This document shows positions 53,545 to 64,000 of a stretch of DNA of 64,000 nucleotides, one piece after another (the first letter of the stretch is position 1; each line of letters begins with the position of its first letter). The translations under genes and the position numbers were made by a program. The stretch comes from Phoronis australis. Lineage: Eukaryota > Animalia > Phoronida. Under the pieces are notes generated by a model. The model made no database searches. It had not been told where the DNA came from and saw nothing but the letters and a program-made list of their open reading frames with translations. The DNA lies in assembly GCA_002633005.1 (NCBI GenBank), contig NMRA01000973.1:18864-82863 (forward strand), written 5' to 3'.

Positions 53545-54289
53545 TTAACTTGGGCCAACTGGTACATTGAAGTTATGTCGACTTTTCACCGTGGTCCACA
53601 GATTCCCTAACTTGACTCAAAGATAGACCCTGTGGTTGTGATTGTGGCTGTGTCACCGGTCATGTTGACCCATGGTCATGAGTATGTTCTCCTAAAATTA
53701 TCCCTGTGATCGTTCGGGTGACTTACATTGATTGCAAATATCCAAACAAGCTCTATCACATGGTTAATCATAGTCCTTCCACCGGCAAACTGATTATGCA
53801 GTAGCCAACACTGCAGACGACAGTGGCACTGGGACTGATATCGACTGGTCTTCCAAACGCGAACAGAACACACAAAATAAAAGGCAATGTATCATAATAT
53901 TGAATAACAAATAGTCCTTACCTTTCTGAATATTTGGGAAACGTAAAAATGACAGTTTTGATGTTTCCGTTAATGAATTTGTGTAATTTATTACGCTCTC
54001 CTTTGCTCACGCGCCAGTGAAGGCTACTATCGTAACACAATCCTTGGTACAATTTCTAAATGTTGGTGGTAAATCACTCACTCTATATTCAGGACATTTG
54101 AATAACAAACCATTTTCACCACCAAAACAATATCAACTGCGTATTAATTTAGCGGCTGGTGGTCTCGTGGACTCGTACATACATATAAATATAAAGACTA
54201 CTTGATAAAATCACTAGCGAAAACTTAGAGCGTGAACTTACTTCTTTGGAGCTCACATGACCTACAAACCAATTGGATATAGCGATGTC

Positions 54290-54448
54290 GGTCGTAAAAC
54301 ACGAGCGAAGTCTTGGTATTAATTACGCGCGTAATCCCGGGATTGAGCTTGTAAAACACGAGCAAAGTCTTGGTCGTGATCACGAGCGTAATTAAGGGTG
54401 AACGATATCGGTAGTAAAACACGACCGAAATCTTGGTCGTGATTACGA
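54290..54448. repeat. Degenerate ~60-bp tandem repeat, 3 copies (GTAAAACACGAxCxAAxTCTTGGT core)
   Basis: Cores at about 54294, 54351 and 54414; third copy interrupted by a MITE. Confidence 0.7.
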
Positions 54449-54563
54449 CATGGACGGCGCACCATAAAGGACTGGGGGCAATGGCCCCCCACTTTTTTCA
54501 ATGCCACACCGCATATGGTCTATAGGCGGTGCACCACTTATTTCAGTGCTGCGCCGCCCAATG
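54449..54563. mobile_element. MITE with CATG termini and 5-bp TSD TACGA, copy 3
   Basis: TACGA at 54444-54448 and 54564-54568; same family as 19499 and 39983. Confidence 0.8.
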
Positions 54564-54789
54564 TACGAGCGTATAAGCGCGACACTTTCACCCGAACGGC
54601 CCACGATAAGAAAAAGAGCGTTTTCGCATTGCCAAACTCTGAGATCTGGCGTGCTCAAATGAGAGATTAAACCCCAGTACATACTCGGACAGAAATATTA
54701 AGTCTTGGAATGACTTGAAGTAGTTGTTTATCTGATTGTATACATGTATTTGAGTGTTACCTAAGCTACACTGGAAATGGGAACACCCC

Positions 54790-54910
54790 ATTCCGAAGGT
54801 TCATTACTCCGAAGGTTCACTGCTCCGAAGGTTCACTGCTCCGAAGGTTCACTGCTCCGAAGGTTCACAATTCCGAAGGTTGACTACCCCGAAGGTTCAT
54901 TACTCCGAAG
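54790..54910. repeat. 16-bp tandem array TCCGAAGGTTCACTGC, about 7.5 copies
   Basis: Direct inspection; same unit as 32770-32870. Confidence 0.9.
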
Positions 54911-55716
54911 ATATTTCATATTTCGGACTCGGTTGTAATTTTATACTGTTGCATGTAAAAATAAACTACACTTCGGTTATTAGAGGCACTAAGTGTTGTA
55001 CCTGATAATAACAACGCCCAATTAAGGATTTTTTTGTATTTCATGCGAAAGCGAAATTAACCACGTGTCTTAAGAATACGGAAAAATGAGTACGTACTTG
55101 TATTTCTAAAAGAAAACGAATTAGGAATAATGGTGTATTATCAACCACGATACCGTTTTCAAATCCATGTCAAGGTCGCGTAAAGTTTAGGGCCGCTCCG
55201 ACTCAACCTCACCCTTCAGACCCATGCGCACGAGCATACCGAAACTAAATGTACATGTAGTTAGTAGGCTACCTTGTCCCTACCAGTCTTCACACACACG
55301 GACATGAAAGCATGTCATTCCACTGATCCACAATCATATGCTAGCAAGTATACGGAAATAGCAGATGTCAAGCCTTTTTTCTACTGTTTCGTTTTTGGTC
55401 GATTTTAAGGTATTCACGCCGCTCTACTTTTTGGGATTTTGGGATCTCTATCGTGGCTAAATAGCTTAGCTAGGCGTAGACATTTACTTCTAAACTTTCT
55501 TGTTACCCTATGGTGTAGCCACCACGTGCGTTCAATGCCTATGAATAACACATAGTACAAAGCCTGCTCTAGTCGTCTGCACGATGCTGTCATCTACGCA
55601 ATACACCACTCGGCCGAAGTTGGTGGAGTACGACACGATGATCAGCACTTTGAATCAGAAGAAAATTCAAAATGTTTAGTAACTTAGTTAGTTGTGCTAG
55701 TAGCTGCGACAATTCT

Positions 55717-55747
<31 letters not shown>
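55717..55747. repeat. (TTG)n microsatellite
   Basis: About 10 TTG units. Confidence 0.95.
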
Positions 55748-55947
55748 CTATCTATATCCTAGCTTTAACGGATACGCTGGGGATGGAACGAAGCCCCCGA
55801 ACCTTCCTGGCTACGGGCATGTATCTGACTTGGTCGCATTGCCACCGCGCGGAGTAGTTTCCTAAAGTACAGCATTCACGCTGCGAATTTTTTAATCTCC
55901 CTGTACGCTGGCAAGGGTATAACAGATGGGACATACACTGCACTTCG

Positions 55948-55954
55948 TATAAAA
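55948..55954 (+). promoter_or_regulatory. TATA box of gene C (TATAAAA)
   Basis: Canonical motif 65 nt upstream of the ATG, inside a block conserved with gene B. Confidence 0.6.
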
Positions 55955-56012
55955 GACCTAGTTAGCATACAGCGTATGACTGGAGAAATTCGCCGTCAGT
56001 CACCGCGATTGT

Positions 56013-56110
56013 ATGATGTGGTCTTCTGCCATCTCCTGCTTCATTGCGATGTTTGCATTAGCACAGCATGTGAGAGGCGCAAATGAGTTAGAGCTCAAGG
56101 ATTCAAGAGG
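56013..56110 (+). CDS. Gene C exon 1: signal peptide MMWSSAISCFIAMFALAQHVRG + ANELELKDSR(G)
   Basis: ATG, hydrophobic core, V-R-G cleavage motif, GTAAGA donor at 56111 in phase 2. Confidence 0.87.
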
Positions 56111-58628
56111 GTAAGATAGATAAGTAGTGATAGATAATCAAGACGCGGTCGTTGCTCAGTCAAATGACGTTCCTTAGTTAGGCAAGATTCAACATCGGTA
56201 CATCGTACGGTAGAATGCATGTTGTATTGAACACCCAAAAGGTCTATAGCCCGTTTTAGTGATCCCCATTTATTTGCTGCCCCCCTGTCTGTTGTTGGTG
56301 GTAAGAAAGGATAACAGAACGCACATCATTGTGGTACAGAAGATCTGGAGGAACTGAACTTGCTAAAGATTTGTTTTCTTGATAAGACGAAGAAGCAGAG
56401 CAAGTTCACCGACTCTATTTTATAAATCCATGAAGTTGCAGTCTGTTCCAATTCTTTGTGCAAATTACAAATGCTGTTTTTAGGAAACTGTTATGGTGCG
56501 CCTGTTACAGGAGCACTGTAATCAGGGCAACTTCTACTCAAACATTTCACGATCTTTATCCGACCAGTCGGAAAACGGTCAACGACCGATCGTCTAGCCG
56601 ACCAGCAGCAGAACGGCAACGGTCTCGTAGGAATCGTCAGCTGTCGGCACTTGGGTGGGCAAACTGGTCGCTAAGCTTAGACGACTGGTTAGGATAATGC
56701 GTATCCTTGGTTGGCAATTACCAATTTATGAGTTAGCTGGGCAAACTAACATCCACTGTTTGCCGTTCGTACTCCAGTGGGCATTCATGTCTTGACCACG
56801 GTTCATCAACTTTTGCTCGATTTAGACATAACAATCAAGAAACGTTTAAAAGTTACGGTCAAACTGCATGAAAGTCCAAAAAGATCGCTGGACGTGTTGC
56901 CGACGCAGGTGTTTTCAAGCGGTAATTGGCAATTCTACAAATAGTTATCGCATTTGATAACCTCTTCATCTAGTCATTGAAAATTATTTCATTTCCTATC
57001 ATTAGTAAATAGAAAAACGTTTATTTTGGAACCAAATAACATCAACAACGGGTTCATCATTAACGCAGATTTTAACATTTTCGATGGAAAAAAATAAGAT
57101 CGGTTGTATAGGGTCGGTTGTATAGCGTCAACCGTCATAATTCTTTGTTCAGAGCTTAACTTTCGGACATCGTAAAAAAGCTTAACATAAGTTTTCTAAG
57201 ACACAGCCTTCATATCTCTGCGGATTAAAAACCCAATAATACTTGATTAGAGTCTTTACACCAAGGTGTAATACTCAGAAAATGAATTTTTCGAGGTAAC
57301 GGCCCTCTTTACCACAGGAACTTCTACAGAGAGAAGTCCAGTTGAACACCAGCATACGGGTACACGAATAACATTAGGTCGAAATAAAGTGTCTTTAAAA
57401 CAACTATTCTGGGAACTACCGCTTGACTAGTGCTGAGACTGATCCAGCTGCAGGTACCGAGACAAGGCGGCCAGACGAGTGAAACTTCAGAGTCAAAACC
57501 AGATAGACCTACACGTTAGCCACCAAACTGGAAAGTGCGTATCTTGGAACACATAATATACATTATAATTGTGTTTAACCTCCGAGTAATCAAACATTGC
57601 CAAGTTCAGCTGCACGTGTGGCCGCGTTCACACAGTTTACACCTTTCGACATCACTTTTCGGCTTAGATATGCCCAAAAATGACGGGATAATATTCTGGA
57701 GCTGCATAATGGCTGTCAGAATTATACACGCAGTATCAACACCGTGTCACCATTCTTATCGCACAATTTCTAAAGCTACTGCATGGTCTAAAATAAGTTT
57801 TACACGACAACGTGTTGTTTGTAGGGTAAACTGGCTGCTTGAAAACGCAGACGAAGGTATGTCAATAATGCTGCGTTCTCATTGGTGAGTTAAGTCGCCA
57901 GTCATTATCCTGGCGATAGGTCAATAGCGGAGTTGCAACGCCGCCATATTGGAAATGGGTCAGAATGTTGCATTGTGGTTAAGCCGGTAAACAAGTACGT
58001 CGGCAAGCGTGGGGGCGAACCGGCCACAGGGAGGTTAATTATACGTGTTGTGTGCCTGGCATGCTATAATACCAGTTAGCGAAATCAAAAATTTAGTTAC
58101 TACCTGTTTCCCAAGGATCAAGAACTGCGTTAAACATGGGTCAGAGACATCGGTATAAGTAGCTGGTAGCAAAGGCCGACTTCGTGAATTCTTTCCGACT
58201 TCGTAGCATAAAGTGTGCAGTGCTCATTTTGAGGGCAGCAAGAAAACGTATCTTAGAAACTGCCCAACAATATCTCCCTTCAAAGAAACATTAACAAATA
58301 CTCCACGGCGGTTGGTAGTGAAAAAAAACTTGTTTTCGCTTGACCAGAACCAAGCCAACATGAGCAATTTTGAGGATAATGCCTCTGGACAATCACCTGT
58401 TCTGGGTCGACTCACTTAACGTATGCACACTATATGCATTACGCGCTAAGATAAAGCGTGCAGATTATTATTATTTACTTTCTACAAAATTGTGGTACAT
58501 TGCTATCAAAATTCGTTGTTAAATTACGATCATTTTTCATAAAATTTTGTTGAAGTTCTAGGGCGAAATCTTGCCGACAAATGCGTAGCTGCTGGTCTCG
58601 CAATCGTCGATAGGGCTTGAATTCTTAA

Positions 58629-58777
58629 NNNNNNNNNNNNNNNNNNNNNNNNNNNNNNNNNNNNNNNNNNNNNNNNNNNNNNNNNNNNNNNNNNNNNNNN
58701 NNNNNNNNNNNNNNNNNNNNNNNNNNNNNNNNNNNNNNNNNNNNNNNNNNNNNNNNNNNNNNNNNNNNNNNNNNNNN
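58629..58777. other. Assembly gap (N run)
   Basis: 149 consecutive N. Confidence 1.
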
Positions 58778-59180
58778 GTCTTCGATTCACGGTTTTCACA
58801 TGCACAAAGAAGTTTGAGGCCGGAGAAGATCTGTACTGGAAAGAAACAATGCAATCCCGCTCTTTGACAAGTACGCTGTGTCTGTTTTCAAAGTCCAGAC
58901 CCGCGTAGTGGGGCACATCCCTCGCAAGAGCAGCAAAACTTCTGCGTTCTTTTTGAATCGCGGCGTAAGTTTGAAGTGTATACGGACATAACGGTGAGGC
59001 TCGTGGTCCGTTACAAATTCAGGCTGTCGGATCTTTCAATTGATAAATTGGAGACGTTAGAACTGTAGGTAAGGGCATTTTTCGCATGTAGTTCATGGGC
59101 TGGGCGCTTACTTTAGCAAAGTCTGAAAACGCGTTGGGGCACTTGTTGAGCCATGGGCGCTAATTAGGGCGAATAGCGGC
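58778..59180 (+). mobile_element. Decayed HIRAN-like domain coding fragment with a pogo/Tigger-like end
   Basis: SSIHGFHMHKEV...FDKYAVSVF...VVGHIPRKSS; ends GGGCGCTAATTAGGGCGAATAGCGG. Confidence 0.5.
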
Positions 59181-59955
59181 AGAATTACATACAGCAGCGT
59201 AGTTTAATGCACACAAATTACACGTCGTGCAAACCAGTCGGTCATCCCGTTTACCATCAACAATCCCAGTAGCCTTTGCGCACCCTAATTTCCGGACATA
59301 CGCAATCGTTAAATCGATTCGATTGCAACTCCGCTATTGGCAGTACTGTCCTCATGTGAGGGCAATCACCACGTATACCTCGTTAAACGTTTAAAGTGGT
59401 GGCCGAAACAGTGGATTCGTGTATCGTCAAAATGATAGAAGTTGCTATTGGCTGGCCCTGTACGTAGTAAACGATAGCAAAGCTACATGCATGGAGCCAA
59501 TGAAAGCATATATCAAATGTTCATCTGTGCACTAGCCAATGCAACGGGACCATTCTAGTAAAAAAGTACATGGCCCGGGTTGCCTTCCATAAAGACGACA
59601 CTTGTAAATAAGGCTAGTGATATGACTTGCTCCGTTTGCATGGCGATATCACGAGAGCTCTGACTTGATATTGCGTAATCGCGAGTGTAGTGCGGCTACC
59701 TACCGCAGCTCTGTTGGCCTACTGAGCGTAGGATCACAGGAACGCGCTCGTTTTGATAAACTATATTCTGATCTAAATCTTTTCAGAAGATAAAATGGAC
59801 TTGATGAAGTTAGCATTACCGGAAAAATAACGAGTACCGCACTGGATTGAGTGCCTCCGAACTGTTTTGTAGTGTGAGGAATGGGAAAACGTCTTTGGTC
59901 TTTGAGTCAGGTCTTCATATGATACTAGAATCTACTTCTGTATCAACTTCTCTAG

Positions 59956-60059
59956 GTGTCTATGGGTACCTGAAAAATTGCTTTGGGCTCTTGAAGGCTG
60001 CAATATTGAGAGGTCCGAACAGTTTAATTGTGTGACTGCCGTTAACAATTGCGCAAAAG
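59956..60059 (+). CDS. Gene C exon 2: CLWVPEKLLWALEGCNIERSEQFNCVTAVNNCAK(E)
   Basis: CTTCTCTAG acceptor, GTAAGT donor, 104 nt, phase 2-1. Confidence 0.88.
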
Positions 60060-60292
60060 GTAAGTACAATTTTCAACAATTTTCAGCATTCCAGCGTGTT
60101 TTTCATGAAATTTACAAAATTCCTTGATCAATATTGTATCACACGACTAATTGACAGTGTTATTTAATGGAGTTTTTTCTACAAAGTAATCATACATGTA
60201 CCTAAATCAAAATAAATTTGAATTGTTTGACCTGGAATGAAACAGTATAGAAACGTACTTTATTTTCAATAAACCATTTTTTAAATCAATAA

Positions 60293-61655
60293 AGGTGAAT
60301 GTCACCCAAGAACAACACCTTTTTGATCAATTTACGTGAGTAGATGCACTCAATAACATCAAGATAAGTTTTATACGTGGCAACAGACGACAGACGGAGG
60401 TGCTGAAAATAACCAGTGACCTAGGTTCTGACTAACACAGACTGTTCAGTAGTTCACAATACGCTAACTTGTGTCAGCTTATTGCTTCATTTCATAACTT
60501 TACAACAGTAAATCATCTTTCTTCGATGCAGAACCCTTATAAATACAATGAGTTTTTTAACAAACAACTAATTTTATTTCGTTATTAAGGGTTTATAGAA
60601 TTTTTAGTGAACAATAGCCTACAAAGTTAGGTAAGCCAACTTTACCGAGGACGGTTGCGGTAATTAAGTTTGGTTCTGTTCGGTGAGAAATTATAATTAT
60701 GCTTCCGTGAAATACAGACAAGAGCGCATAGCTGTGTGTTGTGATTTTAAGATTTGCGAATTTTTTCCGTTCTACAGACACAAAACACTCGTTATAACCC
60801 AGTGGCTCGGAACCCAATCGCGGACTAGAGACGTACGAACATAAAACATCCGAGTTCGTCGGCTACCAAAGTTGAAAACTGAACTTCCAGTCACAAAAAA
60901 TCTAATCTATTGAACCAAAGAAAGAATGTGCACGTGAACATTTTGGTGAATTGGCCGCAAAATGTAAGGTTGTACAATAACAATGATTCGAATAATGAAT
61001 ATATATCTGAATAAAGATTCCCCTAACATCTGACCATAACATATAAATTCGAGTTATTGTTTCACAACAGCTTTATGTCGGCAAACATTGGATGCGCTCA
61101 CACGTCCTCGGGTGCCCGGTCAACTATAGTTTTAATGCATTTGAAGTCAGTACACAAGTTGATTTATTCGTTGTTGGTTTCTCAAAATATTTGCACTAAT
61201 GAACACTCCAAAGGCATTACAAATTGGATCAACATGTACTTCATTTTTATATTAATATTGTTTAGAGTGAGAATAATTCATATTGAAACAGAAATAGGCC
61301 GGTCACAGACACGGATATATGTCACGGCCCCATCCTTGAATTTAATAACGGCGTGTTGTTCATTCTTTACTGCCGCGAGCTTGTTCTGAAGCATTTCGGT
61401 TTCCCGGGAATATCGGAAAAACGATATGCCGCTTTCCTCGCAGTTTCATGGTTTGCACTTGTAAGTGAGAACGATACACCAAACCAGAGTGGCACACACT
61501 CAGCTCAAGAACCACGGACGTCGCTGCGTCGTTTACTCACCTTCCTCACAGGATAACGCAGCACCTGTCGGCGAGATGAGCTCAAACGCAAACGAGGTGA
61601 TGTGGATATAGACCGATTAAGGCGGTAAAAAAACGATATAAATCGTGTGTCTCTT
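60293..61655 (-). mobile_element. Old Kolobok-type element with THAP remnant in gene C intron 2
   Basis: Homologous to 42029-43600; AGGTGAATGTCACCC left end, TTAA at 61656-61659; the empty TTAA site is present in gene B near 29550. Confidence 0.75.
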
Positions 61656-62561
61656 TTAATTTGATTGCAACCATACAGTTTTTGCGTACAAACAGTACTG
61701 CGACAGTATTCCATCAACATCAGTTTTTCTCAAACACAGTCACAAGGTGGAGCAGGTTAGCCTGTTCTATGACCTTTATTCATAGTTAGTGTTTCCACAC
61801 GTAAGAAAGATTAGTATCATATACAAAATTAACACAGTTGATTATTGTAAATTGTCCTGTTTTTGTTTAAGTCTCTTGTGTAACATGCCACAGTCAAAGG
61901 TTGGTTCCGTTGTATATCAACAAAACACTGTAACATACAAGTGATTCGAACTAGCAGCCGCATCCGGAATTCAATGTTTTTTTCTTGCAAAGACGGAAAG
62001 CGCATTTTGATTGTTCTAATTTTTTGAAGATTAAAAAGCGTGTTTCCCACATACTTTTGTAATAATTCGATATGGAAATAAACGAAACTGGTAGGCGTGA
62101 ATCTGTAGCTAAATATTTTCATTGTGTGTGCTTTTTGTCCAATTGTATCGGAGAATTACTTGTCTGTGCAAAATGCGTCGACTTAGATTAATTTGAAATT
62201 GGATTTGGTTATGGAAAGATATTATTCATTCTTACTCAGTCATTATTAATAAGCTACATAATCTAGCGAGCAGATGTATTTTACCGGAGAAAAAACTGCT
62301 CACTTGATCCGTAGATACGCTTTAAAAAGAAAGTATTAATGTTCTTACATTTATCCCAGTTCTTGAACTTTTTTATCCCGAAGAGTCACTAAAACTGGAA
62401 TCTCACTCACCGATAACATTTTTTCAAAGGCGTTCATCCCAGGAGTGAATTTAATCATTGGTTGCTTCTACGGAATGCTTTCCAGGTTTGACGTAATAAA
62501 ACAAAAGGTACATGTAAGCAGTATATGTCAAAGTCAGTTTACCGCTTATTTTCTTGAATAG

Positions 62562-62708
62562 AATGTAAAGATAGCAGTGGTCGCATTCACAAGCAGAACG
62601 AGGAGTGGGTGGAGTTAAAGGAAGGGGTTCTACATGATTGTGCGTGTAAAGTCCCGTCAATCCCATGGCTTTCTCAAATGCCACCTACAGGACTCTGCAA
62701 TCCACGAG
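62562..62708 (+). CDS. Gene C exon 3: CKDSSGRIHKQNEEWVELKEGVLHDCACKVPSIPWLSQMPPTGLCNPR
   Basis: TTCTTGAATAG acceptor, GTATGC donor, 147 nt, phase 1-1. Confidence 0.9.
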
Positions 62709-63696
62709 GTATGCACTTTTAGTCATTTAATATACAACATTTGAATGAACATTTCATTACCTAATGTGGAACGTTAGAGGGTTGCAATAATTAGTCAATT
62801 ATTAAACATTAATGAGAACTTGGGTTATTTTTCAGAAACATCGTCAAAGAACTTATTTATCATCATCTCGAGTTAACCTTTATGTACATGTATGGCACGT
62901 GCATCCATTTACGAAAAAAGATAAGAACCTTCCAATAAGAACGAATTGGAAGAATGGTTGTTTTGAACGAATTTGAGTAAGAATAAGATACCTGTAGTCA
63001 CGTTTTATGGTTATCCGATTACCACTTAAAGAGACATGGAATGCGAAAACTCGTCAGAAATTTCTTTTAAACAATTCCTGGCTAACGGTACCTTCAAGCA
63101 ACGTCTAGTACAGAGTAATGTAATTCACTGACTCCTGTGAGGAAAGTTCCCCAAAAATTCCCAAAATTCACGATTTTTGAAAGACTCGCGAAGGAAAAAC
63201 TCTGTGGTAACTTCAAAGTTTCTAATCTCCTCACAGATGATAAATGTGCGCATGCACTCACAGTCAGTTGCTTGAGGCCAAAGGTCACATTTTCCATATA
63301 AGGAAATGTGCTACGTTAACGTCTTGCCATTCCACATAAGGAGACATGCTTTACCTTGTGGGAGAAAAATGGACAAAGTGGCAAGCAGGTGACAGATCGT
63401 TTTTTTGAAATTTGAAACTGAAATCACATGCTTTGATATCAACAGAAATTTAGCAACTTCACGAACAAACCCTAAAAATACCTGGTGTGCAGGTTGTATT
63501 CTGTTTCAGTGGAAGAGAACTACTTTCAATATTGCAATTTAGTCTGTTGATGGCGTTCTTGGCCTCTCTAAGTAAACGCATACAGTATTATAAAAATATT
63601 ACTTTCTACCGATTTGGTTCGGACAGCACACAACAGTCAGTGATCATTATGTTGGCTAAATTATCACTCGATTGGTTATCATATCTTTATCTTAAG

Positions 63697-63854
63697 GTTG
63701 CGCTGGTCCATGCAGTCGTCAATTGCGCTACGGCGAAGAGTATTTCGAGGTACTCGATGGCAACAGATACTGGTGCAGGTGCTACAAAGGGCCATCTTCC
63801 ATGTCAGAGGATGACTCTTCCCTTTCGTACATTTATTGTGCTATTCTTAGTTAG
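63697..63854 (+). CDS. Gene C terminal exon 4: (G)CAGPCSRQLRYGEEYFEVLDGNRYWCRCYKGPSSMSEDDSSLSYIYCAILS*
   Basis: AG at 63695-63696, 158 nt, TAG 63852-63854. Confidence 0.9.
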
Positions 63855-64000
63855 CAAACATTCAGAGTGTGCACATTGACTTGTAAAGAATGAAAAGACA
63901 TCAATACAAAAAGTGTTCTAACTGTTGGTCTGGTGTCAAGTGTTTGAAAGATCAAGATAATAGTGAACAATGCCTCCCACCATCACTTTCAAAACACCTT

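Larger units (their letters stand above)
57926..59335 (+). mobile_element. ISL2EU-like (PHIS group) THAP transposon remnant in gene C intron 1
   Basis: TIR AGCGGAGTTGCAA, 2-bp AT TSD (empty site CAATTG visible in the relic near 12690); THAP remnants TCCVPG, YYLFPKDQELR, VCSAHFEG. Confidence 0.75.
56013..63854 (+). other. Gene C: complete 4-exon gene, 168-aa secreted protein with 13 mature Cys; join(56013..56110,59956..60059,62562..62708,63697..63854)
   Basis: 98+104+147+158 = 507 nt open frame, phases 2,1,1, all GT-AG. Confidence 0.88.

Noticed and set aside
54290-54448. Conserved cores separated by variable ~20-bp segments
   Set aside because: Only three degenerate units with no cas genes; ordinary decayed tandem repeat
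55975-56012. Conserved upstream ATG (ATGACTGGAG) in genes B and C
   Set aside because: Out of frame with the signal peptide and only ~27 nt after the TATA box, likely at or before the transcription start; uORF role unsupported
63487-63879. 130-aa ORF from the track, and similar ORFs 1112-1297 and 1969-2217
   Set aside because: Wrong frame or intronic; the conserved, splice-bounded frame is different

Overview
AT-rich eukaryotic (animal) genomic DNA. A marine invertebrate is inferred from the transposon repertoire, but the species cannot be determined. No prokaryotic operons, rRNA or CRISPR arrays. Most ORFs in the supplied track are noise or decayed transposon fragments. Reading through GT-AG splice sites reveals a tandem cluster of three paralogous, intact, + strand genes for a small secreted cysteine-rich protein. 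Gene A has exons 3-4 only (its 5' part lies upstream of the window). Gene B is 13970-41599 (182 aa) and gene C is 56013-63854 (168 aa). There is also an inverted, exon-deleted relic of a further copy near 10.8-12.8 kb. Protein layout: signal peptide, a 4-Cys module, then two C-x24-CxC-xn-C modules resembling fibronectin type I / VWC-N / beta-microseminoprotein folds. The mature-protein exons are more diverged than the neighbouring introns, and nearly all codon changes are non-synonymous, which suggests strong diversifying selection. Introns and intergenic DNA are packed with decayed elements: Kolobok (THAP + KolX), AcademX, ISL2EU-like, Harbinger MITEs, a MITE with 5-bp TSDs, pogo, an RTE-X-like LINE, a Gypsy gag fragment and a tRNA-like SINE head. 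Several apparent tandem duplications around single N characters are probably assembly artefacts.
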